From: Octopus sinensis
Lineage: Eukaryota
NCBI RefSeq assembly: GCF_006345805.1
Contig: NW_021831284.1
Location: 682,001-746,000, forward strand
Direction: 5' to 3'
Length of the DNA: 64,000 bases
Shown here: one piece after another, positions 40,081-53,039 of the stretch
Layout of the letters: each line of letters opens with the position of its first letter
Position numbering within the stretch: position 1 is the stretch's first letter
Notes under the pieces: model-generated
What the model was told of the DNA's origin: nothing
What the model saw: the letters and a program-made list of their open reading frames with translations, nothing else
Databases searched by the model: none
Translations under genes and position numbers: made by a program

Positions 40081-40419
40081 GTTTTCTTCAGTCTATAATA
40101 AACTTGATATACTGTTTTTCGTTATTTGGAATAATTGTTTTTCACATTTTAACAAATATATGTTTATAAGGTAATTAACGATGAATCTAATTATAATAAA
40201 TCTCATTAATAACCAATCAAAAAATTTAGTAGCAAGATCATTCGGTAGTGTCCATGTGCTAAGTACATTCCACATTTTTGTTTGGTCTATTGTAGGCATC
40301 GATGTCAGCGCGATATTTGTCCATGTCGTTACAAAGAGATTGCTGTTTCCAGGGCTGGCAGAGCCTATGAACGCTAAAAGACAGAATAGATAGTTCATCC
40401 GGTTGTATTGTGTGCCTTT

Positions 40420-40930
40420 TAGACATAGTGCAGGAGAGGTATGTCACCGCCTCAACCAAAAAACCCATCTTGATGTATAATTTATCTACATGGGGCATTT
40501 CTGATACCGAACTAAGGAATATTGACTCCTTTCACAGAAAACAACTTTGTGTCCTAAATAAAGTACACTGGCCTCAGAAAATCATCCCTCTACAGGCTCA
40601 GCAACTCGGCACCAATCAGCCGTAACATCATAGACGGTCGCTGGAGACAATTCTGACACTTTCTAAGAATGGATACAACCAAGTCATGGAAGAATACTTC
40701 CTGTCAGATGCACCAAAATTTCGTGGACGACACTGCCGGCCGGTCTGCAATACGACCTAACTTGCGCGGGGGAAAACACTAAACAACTGCGATGACCTGG
40801 ACGAACTCTGCAGGCAGACCCAAAACCGCGGGAAGTAAAAACGATGGTAAAGAAGATCATATCGTCTGTGGTACGTGTAGAAATATGACTTATTCTGTTC
40901 ATGTTCCTACGAGAATTGCTATAATAATAA
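40420..40930 (+). mobile_element. Degenerate RTE-clade LINE 3' fragment
   Basis: KPILMYNLSTWGISDTELRNIDSFHRKQL..WPQKI, FRGR; (TAA)n tail at ~40921-30. Confidence 0.8.
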
Positions 40931-41229
40931 TTTTTTATCTTACACGTCGAATAAGGTACAGTAAATATTTAAAGTTGAAGCCGAAAATTTTGTTTTTTTT
41001 CGTAAAGTTTATTTTTGTAGTTGTTTTTTCAATTAAGCAGATCATCTGTGTTAACAGGTTTTTTGAAGTGATGATTTTATCGCTTATTTTGTCGACTAAT
41101 TTTTCATTTTGATTTTTAGTGAAATGATCTTTAGCAATTCGGGACTATATAATGCCCACAATAAAAATATGTTTGCTAAATTTGACTAAAACTATCTAAA
41201 TTTTGTCAATTAAATTTTGTCAATTTTAT

Positions 41230-41535
41230 TTATAACCCCCCATGTTGCATATCATAGTGGCAACTCAGGCACAAACACTAATCATAACTAGCCAATCGAA
41301 TGCAAAGACAGTAGAAAGGAGTTGTTTGTGTTAATCAACATACACCTCCAAAACTTCATTACAGTTTTCCGTATAGGTAGGGAGTTTTTATAGGCCCAGT
41401 TCCCATTTCTGTCAGCCTTCTACCGTCTCTGACAGAACTTGATTTGTTTTTCAACAAGATTCTGCATAATGAAGAGTTCTGGATTTGAACTCACGACGGC
41501 CGTACACCAGGATTCCAAGCATACTCTTTAGCCAA
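41230..41535 (-). mobile_element. Possible decayed tRNA-derived SINE
   Basis: tggctaaag (A-box-like) and gagttcaaatcc (B box) without a full cloverleaf; internal ctgtcag/ctgacag hairpin; A-rich 3' end. Confidence 0.35.
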
Positions 41536-41768
41536 AAAAATTGGTCAATACATCGAACCATGGTTTTTCTACTCTTGTGCTTCACGGAGACCGCTTTTAT
41601 TTTGGACATACTCGAGTAAAATCAAAGAGCATCGATAGCATATTTTTTCTCATACAGTTGGTCAAATAAGTCGTGGAACGCCTATTTTTTTAATTTGACA
41701 TGTTTTTTAATGATTACTATTTTTGATATCTTTTATAACTTTTGTAATATAACCGTGTATTCTTTTCA

Positions 41769-42263
41769 GAAAGTCTTAATCACATATGAGGCTACAAAGA
41801 GATTTTACTTTGCTATCATTCAATGTCAGAGGACTATCTGACCTATCCAAGCGAAAAATCCTATGCCGGGATCTGAATGCATATGGTGCAACTATCGGAT
41901 GCTTTCAAGAAACGAAGGTCAAAGGCGGGCTAGATGAGATACACAACGAGTATCGAATCATTCTCCTTCCATCAGAATCACGTCATTACGGGCAGGGGTT
42001 TGGCATTCATAAGACCTTTTGGAATTCAATTCACAAATACTACCGTGTGAACGACCGCATATGTGTACTACAACTGAGACAAAAAACTTTGACCAACACG
42101 GATCGAATAATCAGCATTATAAATGTCTACGCCCCACAAAGTGGAAGACTGAAGAAGAACGTGGATGAATGACCGAAAAGATAGTCTCATATGTGGCACA
42201 TGTGGGAACTTAATTAGTTTAAATTACATTATGTTCCTATGACAGTGCTAATAATAATAATAA
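41769..42263 (+). mobile_element. Internally deleted RTE LINE: APE endonuclease N-terminus fused to the 3' terminal ~95 nt
   Basis: SFNVRGL, QETK, INVYAPQ; then atgaccgaaaagatagtctc...(TAA)n identical to the 3' end of the 16904-18189 copy; 11-bp TSD tattcttttca (41758-68, 42264-74). Confidence 0.9.
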
Positions 42264-42369
42264 TATTCTTTTCAACCTTTTTTCTATTAATTATTTTCAA
42301 CCTTTTTTCTATTATTTTATGTGAGAAAAAGTGATGGGACTATCAAAGAAATATGGATTTTTATCTTTT

Positions 42370-42560
42370 AGATAAATTTCCCATTCAGGAAAGTAGGTCT
42401 CTTGTTTGGGACCCGTGTGGATTCCCTGTCGAAGATATTGTTGTCCAGAACGGCATGTTCACCAGGCTATGCTTGCGCGCTTGCGGAGGAAAAGAAAATG
42501 TTGAAATAAGCTGGAACTGGTTCTCTATACGCAGCGCGTCTTCGCCGGACTGACCCTCAA
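42370..42560 (-). mobile_element. Penelope-like element remnant (GIY-YIG C-terminus)
   Basis: EHAVLDNNIFDRESTRV...RDLL pattern; shares caggaaagtaggtctct..gtttgg..gtgtg.att.ccctgtcg with 58903-58965. Confidence 0.45.
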
Positions 42561-43012
42561 GTCTGCGTCACTCTAGTTATTTCCTGTCTTTTATTGATCA
42601 CATGTTTTTTAAAGTTCAATTTTGAAAAAAAGATATGAAGGATGTATGAATGGTTATATTTCGTTAGCTTCTTTTTTCTTTGAAATAATTGATTAGCCGT
42701 AATTTCATTGAAATTGATTAATAGATTCTGATTAGTATAAATACACTTTCATTTTTTCGCTCGTATTAAAATGATCATGCCGAAGAAAAAATAGCATTTT
42801 TCGACCTGAAACAACGAGTTGTAGCGGCCTACCAAAGAGGTAAAAGTTATGGAGAGATTTCCAAATAGCTGATATTACCCCAAATAGTTTGGAATATTAT
42901 TATCAGATGGAAACAAGACGGAACTGTCATTAATTGACAATCCAAGTAGGGCTTTCCAACTTAAAAATAAATATATTAAAATAAACAGGGTATCAGATTA
43001 AAATTAAAAAAT

Positions 43013-45246
43013 TTAATCATTAGTTCTATTCAAATATAACTTTAAAGCGAAAAAAGCAGCAATTCTAAGTAAGACACAAAAAATGCAGAGAACTGCAAAA
43101 TTCGTGTAAAACTCAATATCGAGAGCGCCCATATTATCCAAAACATCGTGGCCAGTGGGAAACATACATCTCTGAGGATTAGCACACTTTAGTTTCCCCC
43201 GATCGAATCCATACAATGTCTGAATTCCTCCCAAAAACCCATATCTAAATGATTATATGCAAACAAATGTTAAATTTTTATTATATAAGAAAATACCTGA
43301 TAATAGAAAAGTATGAAAACCACCGTAAATAAGAAGGAATTGAATTAACTGGGATAAAATATCCCGAAAAAAGAAGCATAGGTGTAGTCATAACAGGGGC
43401 CAAGAACACTCCAGTCTGACTAATAAACCCACATAAACATACTTCCATCGAACAGCCAGCTCCAATCAGCAGACCCAACGACTGGGAGACCAATCCAGTT
43501 AGAACACAAATAGTAAGATATAATATAAATCGAAATCCATCACTCGACTGTGCTGTCATCCAGTATATAATCGTCCCGTACATCACAGGAAGAATGATCT
43601 AAATATACCACCACATTCCACCTGTAGAGGAATATCTGCAAATGTCTTGGCCATATAATAAGAAAATAGTCGATACCACGAATTCAACTGTTCTCTCAAT
43701 AATACTTCTCTTTCAAGTGGGACTATTAAAATAATTAAGATTTTTACATGATAAAACAGTCGGCATTAGAGAGAGATACATTATAAACATGATTGATATG
43801 AACTGTAAGGAAGAATTCATCAAAGTTGAGTCATTCTTAGTCCCCACATTTAAATAAAGCAGTCCAACAACTATGGCCAACCCCAAATGGGATATCAATC
43901 GAAGACGAGTCAATGCCTGAAATACTTTTTGAGTAAATATAAACCAACCGAGTCTCGAAGAGAACATTTGGTTGTTCTAATTAAAAGGATGTAAAACTGA
44001 TATATAAAAGATGTAGGAAAATGTTGAATTTTCTGAAATATTATCAAGTTTTATAACTTTTGACTGCATTTTTGAATTGTCTGAAGCTTGACTGTTACTA
44101 AAAACAGAGCGACGTTGAGCAGCTAAATATAAACAAATTAACACCAAATTTTCTAGATTGTAATTCTTGAGCATCAATTAAATTATTTGTCAATCCACGA
44201 TCTCCGATTGCCACTTCAATGACTAAAAATAAATCAAATTTGAACTATAATCGGCTGGATTGTAGTTGGAAGGACAAACAAATCCATGATAAGCAAAAAA
44301 CTTATCAATATACATAATTGGACCAGAATACAACACCCGTCCATTCGATAACAAAATAAGCTAAATAATAATAAATACAAACCTGATCAAAAAGTAAGAA
44401 AGGCTTTGTGCTAGGCTGGTGAATTGTGCAAATTACAGTGTGGCCAATTTCTGCCAAATATTTGAGCAACTTGACACACTGATAAGTGGATGAACTATCA
44501 AGACCACTTTGAATATCAAATCAAACTATCTTCACCTGGTTGGTTCGTCAAGAAACAGAACAGCTGGGTCTGAAATAAGTTCCTGGGCTATAGCCAACCG
44601 TTTTCTCTGCCCACCCGACAATTTGCAGGCACTCACATTAAGACAGTTTCCCAATCCCAATGACTCTACAATATCCATAATCTATTTTAAATAACAAATT
44701 GTACACGAGAATATTTGTTGGCTTCGGAAATATGATGTGGCAATTTAAGTTTAGCAGCAAACATCAATGACTCGAGTACAGTCAAATGTGGATGGAGTTG
44801 GTCATGTTGCATTATATATGACGAAAGTGACTTGAATGTGCGCATATTCCGAAGTTGTCCATTTATACAAATTTCACCCCCAGCAACTTGAGATCTTTCA
44901 ATTCAAATGAGAGTTGTACTTGTAGCCAGAAAGAATATTCATAAGTGATGACTTGCCTGCCCCGGATGGCCCCATTATGACTGTGAGTTTGCCATGTTCG
45001 ACCACACCACTCATTGGATATAAAATTGTTTTGCTTACTAGTACGAATACTAGTTTATAAACTACCGTCTCCAGTGCGGACAATATAGCTTAAGTTGTAA
45101 TATTGCATGTCGATTGTTTTTTGGCATCGTGATGGACGTAAATTTAGATAATTTGTTTCGATAGATTGAGATTTTATGGAAGGACTAATGTTAGGAAAGT
45201 ATATTTACTGCTCCGTTTCTGGTTGAGTATTTTTTTGACAATTCAT
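43013..45246 (-). CDS. ABCG (white/ABCG1-like) half transporter
   Basis: Walker A GPSGAGKS, signature LSGGQRKR, Walker B LFLDEPT, C-terminal ABC2 membrane domain. Confidence 0.93.
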
Positions 45247-45489
45247 TGAAAATAAAAATGTGGTCAATAACTAAAAAATGCTTAACAATTTATTTTTCAT
45301 CATGTAAATAATTAACGTTTTTAAATCAAAATAAATTATATATTTTAATACATTGCTTAAAACAATTTTGGAATCGAGCAATATTATTCTTAATATTGCC
45401 TTGTTATTGAATGTTATAAACCACAAATAAAACCACATTTATTCTCTAATAAATAATTAATTTCCATCAAAATAAGCCCTTCCCAGTTT

Positions 45490-47798
45490 ATTTAACTATC
45501 AATTAATAACATTAAAACTTGTTCTAAAAACTCATTGGGGGAATAGAGGACAGTGGAGCCATATATTATATTCTTATTCCTTTTAGCCTTATATCGTGCT
45601 ATGGCCTCATACTCTGCATAACAACCCCCACCAATCATAAACACAACTACCAATAACTCACCACACAACAACCCACATCACTATATCCCACTCTATTCGT
45701 CGAATTGGCTCTAAAATGATTATTTATAAATACAATTTGGACATTTTGGGGTCATAATGACGAATATCAGTCTGTGGAGTCGTGTCCGTCAGTTTCTCAA
45801 TTATATTAATCAAGGGAATTCCCTACAATATATAACCCCACAACCCTGTTCTGATCACCCAGAAATCGGGCTCCTTCATTAATAAGTTTATCCAACACAT
45901 TTCCCGCCACACTTTTTATTCCAGTCTGGTTAACCGTCGTAGTCACCAGGCGGGAAATTGATTTACATTTCCGCACATAACACAGACCTTCATTCGGAGA
46001 TATTCCACATTTATCAGCCGCCTGGTCAACCTCCGATTCCACAATCAAATCATCACACAATCTGCACGTGAGTAGAAAACGATGCAAATCAGCTTGTTTG
46101 CATCCACCAAATAATTCCATCACACCACTCAACGTTTTATTCCACCAATAAACCCACAAATCAAACTTTTATGCAATTTTTGTAGTTTTTCTCCACTTCG
46201 TAGAACACATTCAACTTGCGTGCCTAAAATAATGTGAAATAATGACCTCGATATGTTTGAGAAGACAGGAGGCTATTTCTGTGTGCATTTCCACGAGTTT
46301 CTTCTTGTTGAGAAGATCAGTCAAATCTCTGGGAATAAAAGGGGAAATGTGACTTGATTGTGTTGATATTATTAGTCATCATATCATTTGGTGATTTGTG
46401 TTTCTACTGATTGGAATATTGACAAACTGTGAGTTCTCTCAGCTGCTCTTCCTCCTCTTTGAACCGACTCAGTTTGTCGTTCATTTTCTCCACGACTGTG
46501 TTTATTTGCCTGAAATAATCAAAATTATCACAAATTGCGATTTTCCGACCAAAATGTGTCATTTTCGGTCAATTCGTGTGTTTCGGTCACTTTCCCACAC
46601 ACATCGGCCAACTTGACAGTATTACTCTTATAGTCCTACAATAGAACAGACACGCCCACAAATGCGTCGTGGAGTAGTGCCTCGTAAGTGCAGGAGTGCA
46701 GCAGGGGAGTCACAATGTCACAACTTCGGTCTACCAACAGTAGAATTGGCCGTTGGAAACTGCTATATTAATATATATATAACCTGATGGGAGTGCCATA
46801 TACGGGGTCACATGCAAATATACAACTCCGGGTGTTTGTCAGGGCATCCCTCAACCGTTGGTCCAATAATGTCCCAATCTGCTCGCATATCTGAGAGGAA
46901 CCCAAACAACGGATAATTGGCACACATGCTAAAATATATATTCCCGCCTTTTTAATTAATATTTTATTATTATTAATATTAATAGTTATTATATAATGTA
47001 AATAAAATAAACCATAAGTTACAAAAAATGAAAATAATCCTTCGACTATGGATTTCAAAGACTCTTCAATATCCGAGTTCGATGCGGTAGGTACATTGAG
47101 GTCTAGTCTTATATATATATTACTATAATAGGAAATATTCGCGAGTTCTTTTTCACTCAAAGTAAACAAATCCGAAGATTTAGCCAAAAAACTCGAATAT
47201 TGATCAAATACCTATAAAAATTATTAATTATTTAATAAAATAAATTATTTAATTAAAATAAATAAAATGTAAAACGTACTTTTGAAACAAGGTGGTCAGT
47301 GCACGTTCGAACAGTTGAAAGAGCGAAATATTCCAAATTATTTCTCGAAATGGAGGAAATAAAATGCAGATAATACCCATTATACATATTATTATTCATA
47401 TCCTTTAGTCAAAATAGACAAATACACTGCAAATCCTCTTTAAATTGTCTTCAGTGGGCAAAACAAAGTAAATAGCCACAACTTCCGACACACACTCTCG
47501 ATTGTCCTGCAAATTTCTGGAAAAATAGATTGAGGATTGTTACAAGTGCAGAATGACACCCAGTCTGCGTAGTTCGTTGACAGAGAGGTGGGGGGCTATG
47601 ATTTCTCTGCCGTAGTTATCGTAGATTAGAATCTGAATGAATGTATATAGTTACCTTCCATTGTGGTTCGATTGAGGTTATTTTGTCGACTAGTTGGTTG
47701 AAGTTTAGCATTTTTTCTAAGGATGCTGAGAAATGATGCGGTTATTTACCTTTTTGGCGTTTAAAAATGCATTTTTTGTTATTATTTTCTATTCTCAT
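45490..47798 (-). CDS. SCFD1: Sec1 family domain-containing protein 1 (Sly1)
   Basis: MLNFN...EPQWK/ILIYD..G..II.P.LSV.ELR.LG, ACVPIIRC, SFQRPILLLVDR..D..TPL.H..TY.ALLHD, MIGGGCYAEY, IYGST. Confidence 0.92.
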
Positions 47799-49311
47799 TA
47801 TAGTTTTTGCCAAAGATTTTTGGTTCCACAAGGCTAATATGTCAATAGAGTTTTTTATTTAAAATTTATGTAAATGAATACTTAAGTTTTAAACAAAATA
47901 ATATTTATTTAACTTCATCAAAAAAAGTTTTGTGTTTATAAAAATTCATTTTCTGGTTTATTTACTTCCTTTTTAACAGTAACATTTTATTTGTAAATTT
48001 ATTTGACTGATAATAGTCATCCCTTTACATTCTTTTGTTTTTCAGTTTTATCAATCTGATTATATTCAAGAAGCATTTACAGGTTTATTTTTGATTTGTT
48101 TAGTGTAAAGAATAACTGATGTGATAATTGTATTTCATTAAGTGCTTATGAGGCTATGAAATTATTAGATTTTTGTTATTTTGTTTCATATTAACCATTT
48201 TCTTGATTTCCTTTAAGTTGTTTTTATTCTGCTTTGATTCATTTTTCAAAGCTTTGATTATCAATAAATTTGGAGCGTCCAGATTCCTATTTTCTTTAAT
48301 TTCAGTCTCACATATTTGCACCCATTGACGATTTATGATAATTCAAATCACAAATAAAGGTTTTAATACGATCAAAATTGTTTTATACTTAATGAAATTT
48401 AGACAAATTTAAATGAAAATCTCGGGAAATCTACTAACAGATCTTGAAGTTGTTTTATCCTATAGTGTTTATTACACAAATACAACACTCTGAAAAACTC
48501 TTCTTCAAGGTACACGAAGAAAGAAAAGAATAATTATTTCTTTCATGTCATTTGTATTAGTATTACTCGGTGGAAATATCTTGGAATAGTTCAATGATTT
48601 CCAACAGTTCTAGCAGCAAGAATATTTTATTGCATTGACAATTCAATATTCAAATGGAAATGGATGTTTAAGCACTGCATGTTTGGACACGTATAAAAGA
48701 AAGCTGAATTTCAAAAATTATTTACATTATTGGGACATAATGTACTACATATAATACTTTGAAAAATTTTAATCTACAAACTATCAAAGAAATATCAACT
48801 TCAGCTAATGAAAATCACTTTGTGAAATGGAATAAAAACATCGGCTCTAATACACGATTTTATCTCTAAGAGGGCCATCCGGAGACTATTACCGAACTAA
48901 ATACTTCAAGAACCTCCCCCGAAATTGATACTGCCATAAAAGGAACGTATGACTCTCGCAAGACTTCGCTGAGGAAAATTTTAGAGTATTCAAAAAAACA
49001 GTTAAGTAACAACGAAGATTACGAGAAAGTGTCATTTTATAATATAAATGGAACCAATAGCATTATAATCAGAATTACCGTATTAATCATATTGTTAACA
49101 GATGGTTATTATATCTTGATTTTGTATATAGTAGTCTCGGTTTTAACTTAAAAGGACATTATAATGCTTTGGCCGTTAATGATATTGGATTATATTCAAT
49201 CTTAAGAAAAACGAGAACGGCTAGTTTAAACGCTTTTGTAAAATATTTTCTATATTTTTGTATTATTATTTGTTATTTTATAATTTGAATAACATTGCAA
49301 GAATTCAATGT

Positions 49312-51003
49312 ATGGATTTTCGAAGTGGTTATTTGAGAGGAATAAGCAAATATAAAAATACAATCGTAGAACCTAAATGGAATTATGGCACAGCCGGTTA
49401 TCGCGGATACGCCGATACATTAAAACTACTTTTTTTCAAAGTTGGATTGTTTGCCTCCGTTCGGTCTATTTCTCTTAAATCAAATATTGGCTTAATGATT
49501 ACAGCATCCCACAACCCTCCAGAAGATAATGGAATAAAAATAGTAGACCCAGATGGAGGAATGATGGCTCAAGAAGCTGAAGAATTTTGTAATGAATTTG
49601 TTAACTCGAATGACGAACAATTATTATTATCACTGCTGGATATACTTAAAACGAAAAATAAAACAAAAATAATATTATAATCAATCGATACGACAGCCGA
49701 GGCTCTTCTCTTGAACTTTTATCATGTTTAATGGATGGAATTAATCTTTTTGTTGATTATATCGTTCCTATCAATATTGGACTCACCACAACTCCATGTC
49801 TGCATTTTTCTGTGTTTTATAACAACGAAAAATGTTGGAATCCTGAAAATTCAATCGAAATTTATTTAAGTCGGCTTATCGGAGGCTATAAAAAAGCTAC
49901 AGATCTCTTAAATAAAGACTTTTCCAAATCTTCCATCCTTATGGACTGTGCCAATGGAGTTGCTTCCGTCGTTCTCAGTGAAAGTTCCATAAAATCTACA
50001 ATTTTTGATTATAGATTGAATAATGCTGCAATTAATGACTATCATTTGCTCAATATTAATTGTGGAGCTGATTATGTGAAAACAAAAAAATGTAAACCAG
50101 TCGGTTTTGATGAACTAAAATTTGAAAAATGCATATCTTTTGACGGGGATGCAGATAGAATAATCTATTTTTACCAAAATGCTAAAAATGGTTTCACGAT
50201 TTTAGACGGAGATCGGATTCTGTGTCTTTTTGTCAAATTTTTTAAACATCTCATCACAATCTGCCATCTTAAAGTGAATAAATGAATATTATTTCAGGAC
50301 GTTTCTCTTGGAGCAGTACAAACAGCTTATGCCAATGGAGCCTCGTCTAAATACATCAGGAATGTTTTGGGTGTTGATGTGTTATTTGTACCAACTGGAG
50401 TCAAGCATCTTGTTAAAAAAGCAAAAGAATTGGATCTTGGTGTTTATTTTGAAGCAAACGGGCATGGGTCTGTTTATTTTTCTGAAAAATTGTGCAGAAC
50501 ATTAGAAAGTATTGTCCATTCTAGTTCTGTGGTGATAAAATTTATTTCTGATATTTTAATTTAGAAAGAAGAAATTTGGGCGGCAAAATTTTTATTGGCT
50601 TCAAATGAAATGATAAATCCCGCAATAGGCGATGCCATTTCTGCCATGTTATTAGTCGAAGTAATATTGTCTTATTATCAATGGAGTCTGGATGACTGGA
50701 ATGGCCAATATCAGGAATTTCCATCAGTATTGATGAAGGTTTATTTAATATTGGTCAATAATTTTATAGGTTAATGTCCCGGATAGGTATGCATTTAAAA
50801 CATGTGATGCTGAGAGACGACTTGTGTCACATCACGAACTTCAAGACTTGATAGATAGAAATGTAGATTTGGTCGAGGATGGGAGATGTTTCGTCAGACC
50901 GTCGGGGACTGAAGATGTAGTGAGGATTTATTCAGAAGCAAAAAGCAAGGAAAACGCTGAAAAACTTTCAATGAATGTTGTTGAATATATCAAAAATCAT
51001 TAA
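49312..51003 (+). CDS. PGM3: Phosphoacetylglucosamine mutase
   Basis: YGTAGYR, MITASHNPPEDNGIK, DCANGV, CGADYVK, SFDGDADR, VQTAYANG, GVYFEANGHG, FVRPSGTEDVVRIYSEA. Confidence 0.95.
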
Positions 51004-51218
51004 CATTCTCTCTCTTTTTTGGGCTTTTCCGTTTTAATAAACATTTTATTCATTCATTAAATAAAAGATTAATATACTAATAAGTTCTTTATCCTGGTCC
51101 AAAATACTAAAAAAATATTGCAAATAACAAAAAATGATTCACAAACAATTACTAATAGCTAATAGAATAAACATTAAGGAACTTGATTTATTTGTAAAGT
51201 TTGAATGTGATATAAAAT

Positions 51219-51290
51219 GGCTCGGTGGTCTAGTGGTATGATTCTCTCTTAGGGTGGGAGAGGTCCCGGGTTCAATTCCCGGCCGAGCCC
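51219..51290 (+). tRNA. tRNA-Pro(AGG)
   Basis: 72-nt cloverleaf ggctcgg...ccgagccc, anticodon loop ttAGGgt, gttcaattc T loop, upstream tataaaa and downstream T run. Confidence 0.95.
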
Positions 51291-51399
51291 TTTTTTATTA
51301 TGTATATAAAGAAATACTGCGGCACAACATATGTTTAAAAATAAATCAAAAATAGAAATTTTTTTTTATAATAACAAAAACGATTGAATTAATTAGTAT

Positions 51400-52230
51400 G
51401 ACCCTGACCCTAGGATAGCGTGTGAATTTCCGTGGACAATTGCACACGAAATCCTCTGGAAGAGCCACGACGTCTCCCGCGGATCACCTGTTTTTTTGGT
51501 GATTAGACCACCCAATCTTCGAATGAACGAAAAACTCTCTGTTCTAAAGACTCCGGAAGTCTCCACAGCAATCGGCTGGAAAAGATATCTCTGCCAGGAA
51601 AGAGTATTTCCTTTTCTTCAACTCTTCAGAACGTTTTGCAGCAGAGCCAGGAAAGGATGCCAACTTCCGAATGAAGAAGGTCCAAACGTGTCAGGGCAGG
51701 TAAAATCCCAAACAAGTGCTTTCCCTCTCGTGTACGGGTAGATGTTACGCCGTCTGGGCGTTTGCCATCCCCTCTATCGAGACCAGCTGGTTCGAGTTGA
51801 GAGTGGAATCCGGCAGCGTCCATGGCCCTTTTGATGATGTCATTGGCGGCGGAATGTCGGGGAAAACGACCGGCACTACGAGTGCAAGAAAGTGGGTGCC
51901 TTCCCAATGGACCAATCCTCTTTCCACATTTGCAGGGGTGTGGGGTGCACATCGGTAAGCCGAGACGTAGACATAGGCCGATCCTAATGGTATCGTCGTC
52001 CAGTTTACAGCCGGTAGACGCAATAGGACAAGCGCTTATCCAGGAGCCAGAATTGGATTGTGCACCCGATCTGAGATTGGTCCATGCACAGTTCGATAAC
52101 TCTGTAAGTCTCCCTGCACCAGATTTCGTCCCAATGTCTCTGTGAAGATTCCACTTCGGGGAGTCTCAGACCATGACTGCTCCATGACTCGAGGCCGTTT
52201 TGCATCCACCGACACGGGGTACATTCATTT
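51400..52230 (-). mobile_element. CRE-type non-LTR retrotransposon 3' portion, frameshifted
   Basis: CKCGKRIGPLGRHPLSC, RFPRHSAAN, LDRGDGKRPDG, ALVWDFTC, SCAIVHGN. Confidence 0.88.
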
Positions 52231-52320
52231 AAAGACTTGAGAATGATCGTGAGGCCAAATAGAAATTGATATTAATTTTAAATTTTATAATTTACCAATT
52301 AACAACTTCGAAGTATTTTG

Positions 52321-52686
52321 TGTGACCGGTTTTTGAGCGGACCAGGTGCCTATATTAAATTACAAAATGGATAAACTAATTTATTTGGTTTAATGGTTAA
52401 ACTAAAATTAAAAAAAATCAAAGAGTTTAGGGATCTTGATAAAGAGATTGAAAAAAAGAGAAAATCATAGATTGAGAATTCACGCAAAAAATTTTGAATT
52501 CTCTGACGGAAAGGCATTTATTCAAAAAAACAATTGCTCACTCAGATTTTGTTGTATATAACGATAAAATCAGAAACAGCTAAAGAAATTATTTAAACAT
52601 TGACTAATTTATTGTATAACAATTTTCAGAACAAAATAAAACGATTTATACAATTTTTTGGGTTGTCCGCTTAAAAACCGGTTACA
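52321..52686. mobile_element. Putative MITE (~366 bp)
   Basis: 22-bp inverted repeats tgtgaccggtttttgagcggac / gtccgcttaaaaaccggttaca (2 mismatches) around AT-rich filler; no clear TSD. Confidence 0.5.
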
Positions 52687-53039
52687 TTTTTTTAGCAATT
52701 GAAAATTTTTTGAAAACTCCGCTGCTTTGACACATTGTCGTTTCACATGTGACTACTTATTGTAAGTATAAAACTAATATTCTCAATATATAGAAATACT
52801 GCAGATTTTGTGTTACTATTTAATAAACAATTACTATTTAACTTTTATATTTCAAGTAAAAAACTTCCGCTATACCGTCTTTTTGTTACTTTGGCAATGA
52901 CTTTGACTTCTTCGGAAAGATTTTCGTACTCACCCAAAGAAAGAGTTTGCCGCGCATCGCAGCGAAATTGTTTTGGTTGGGGATGCACATTGATCAATAT
53001 CCAATATGCTTCAACAGAAACCGCTGCTTTTGAAAGTGC

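Noticed and set aside
48400-49250. Fragmentary open frames upstream of PGM3
   Set aside because: Multiple stops and no recognisable domain; cannot be supported as a gene.
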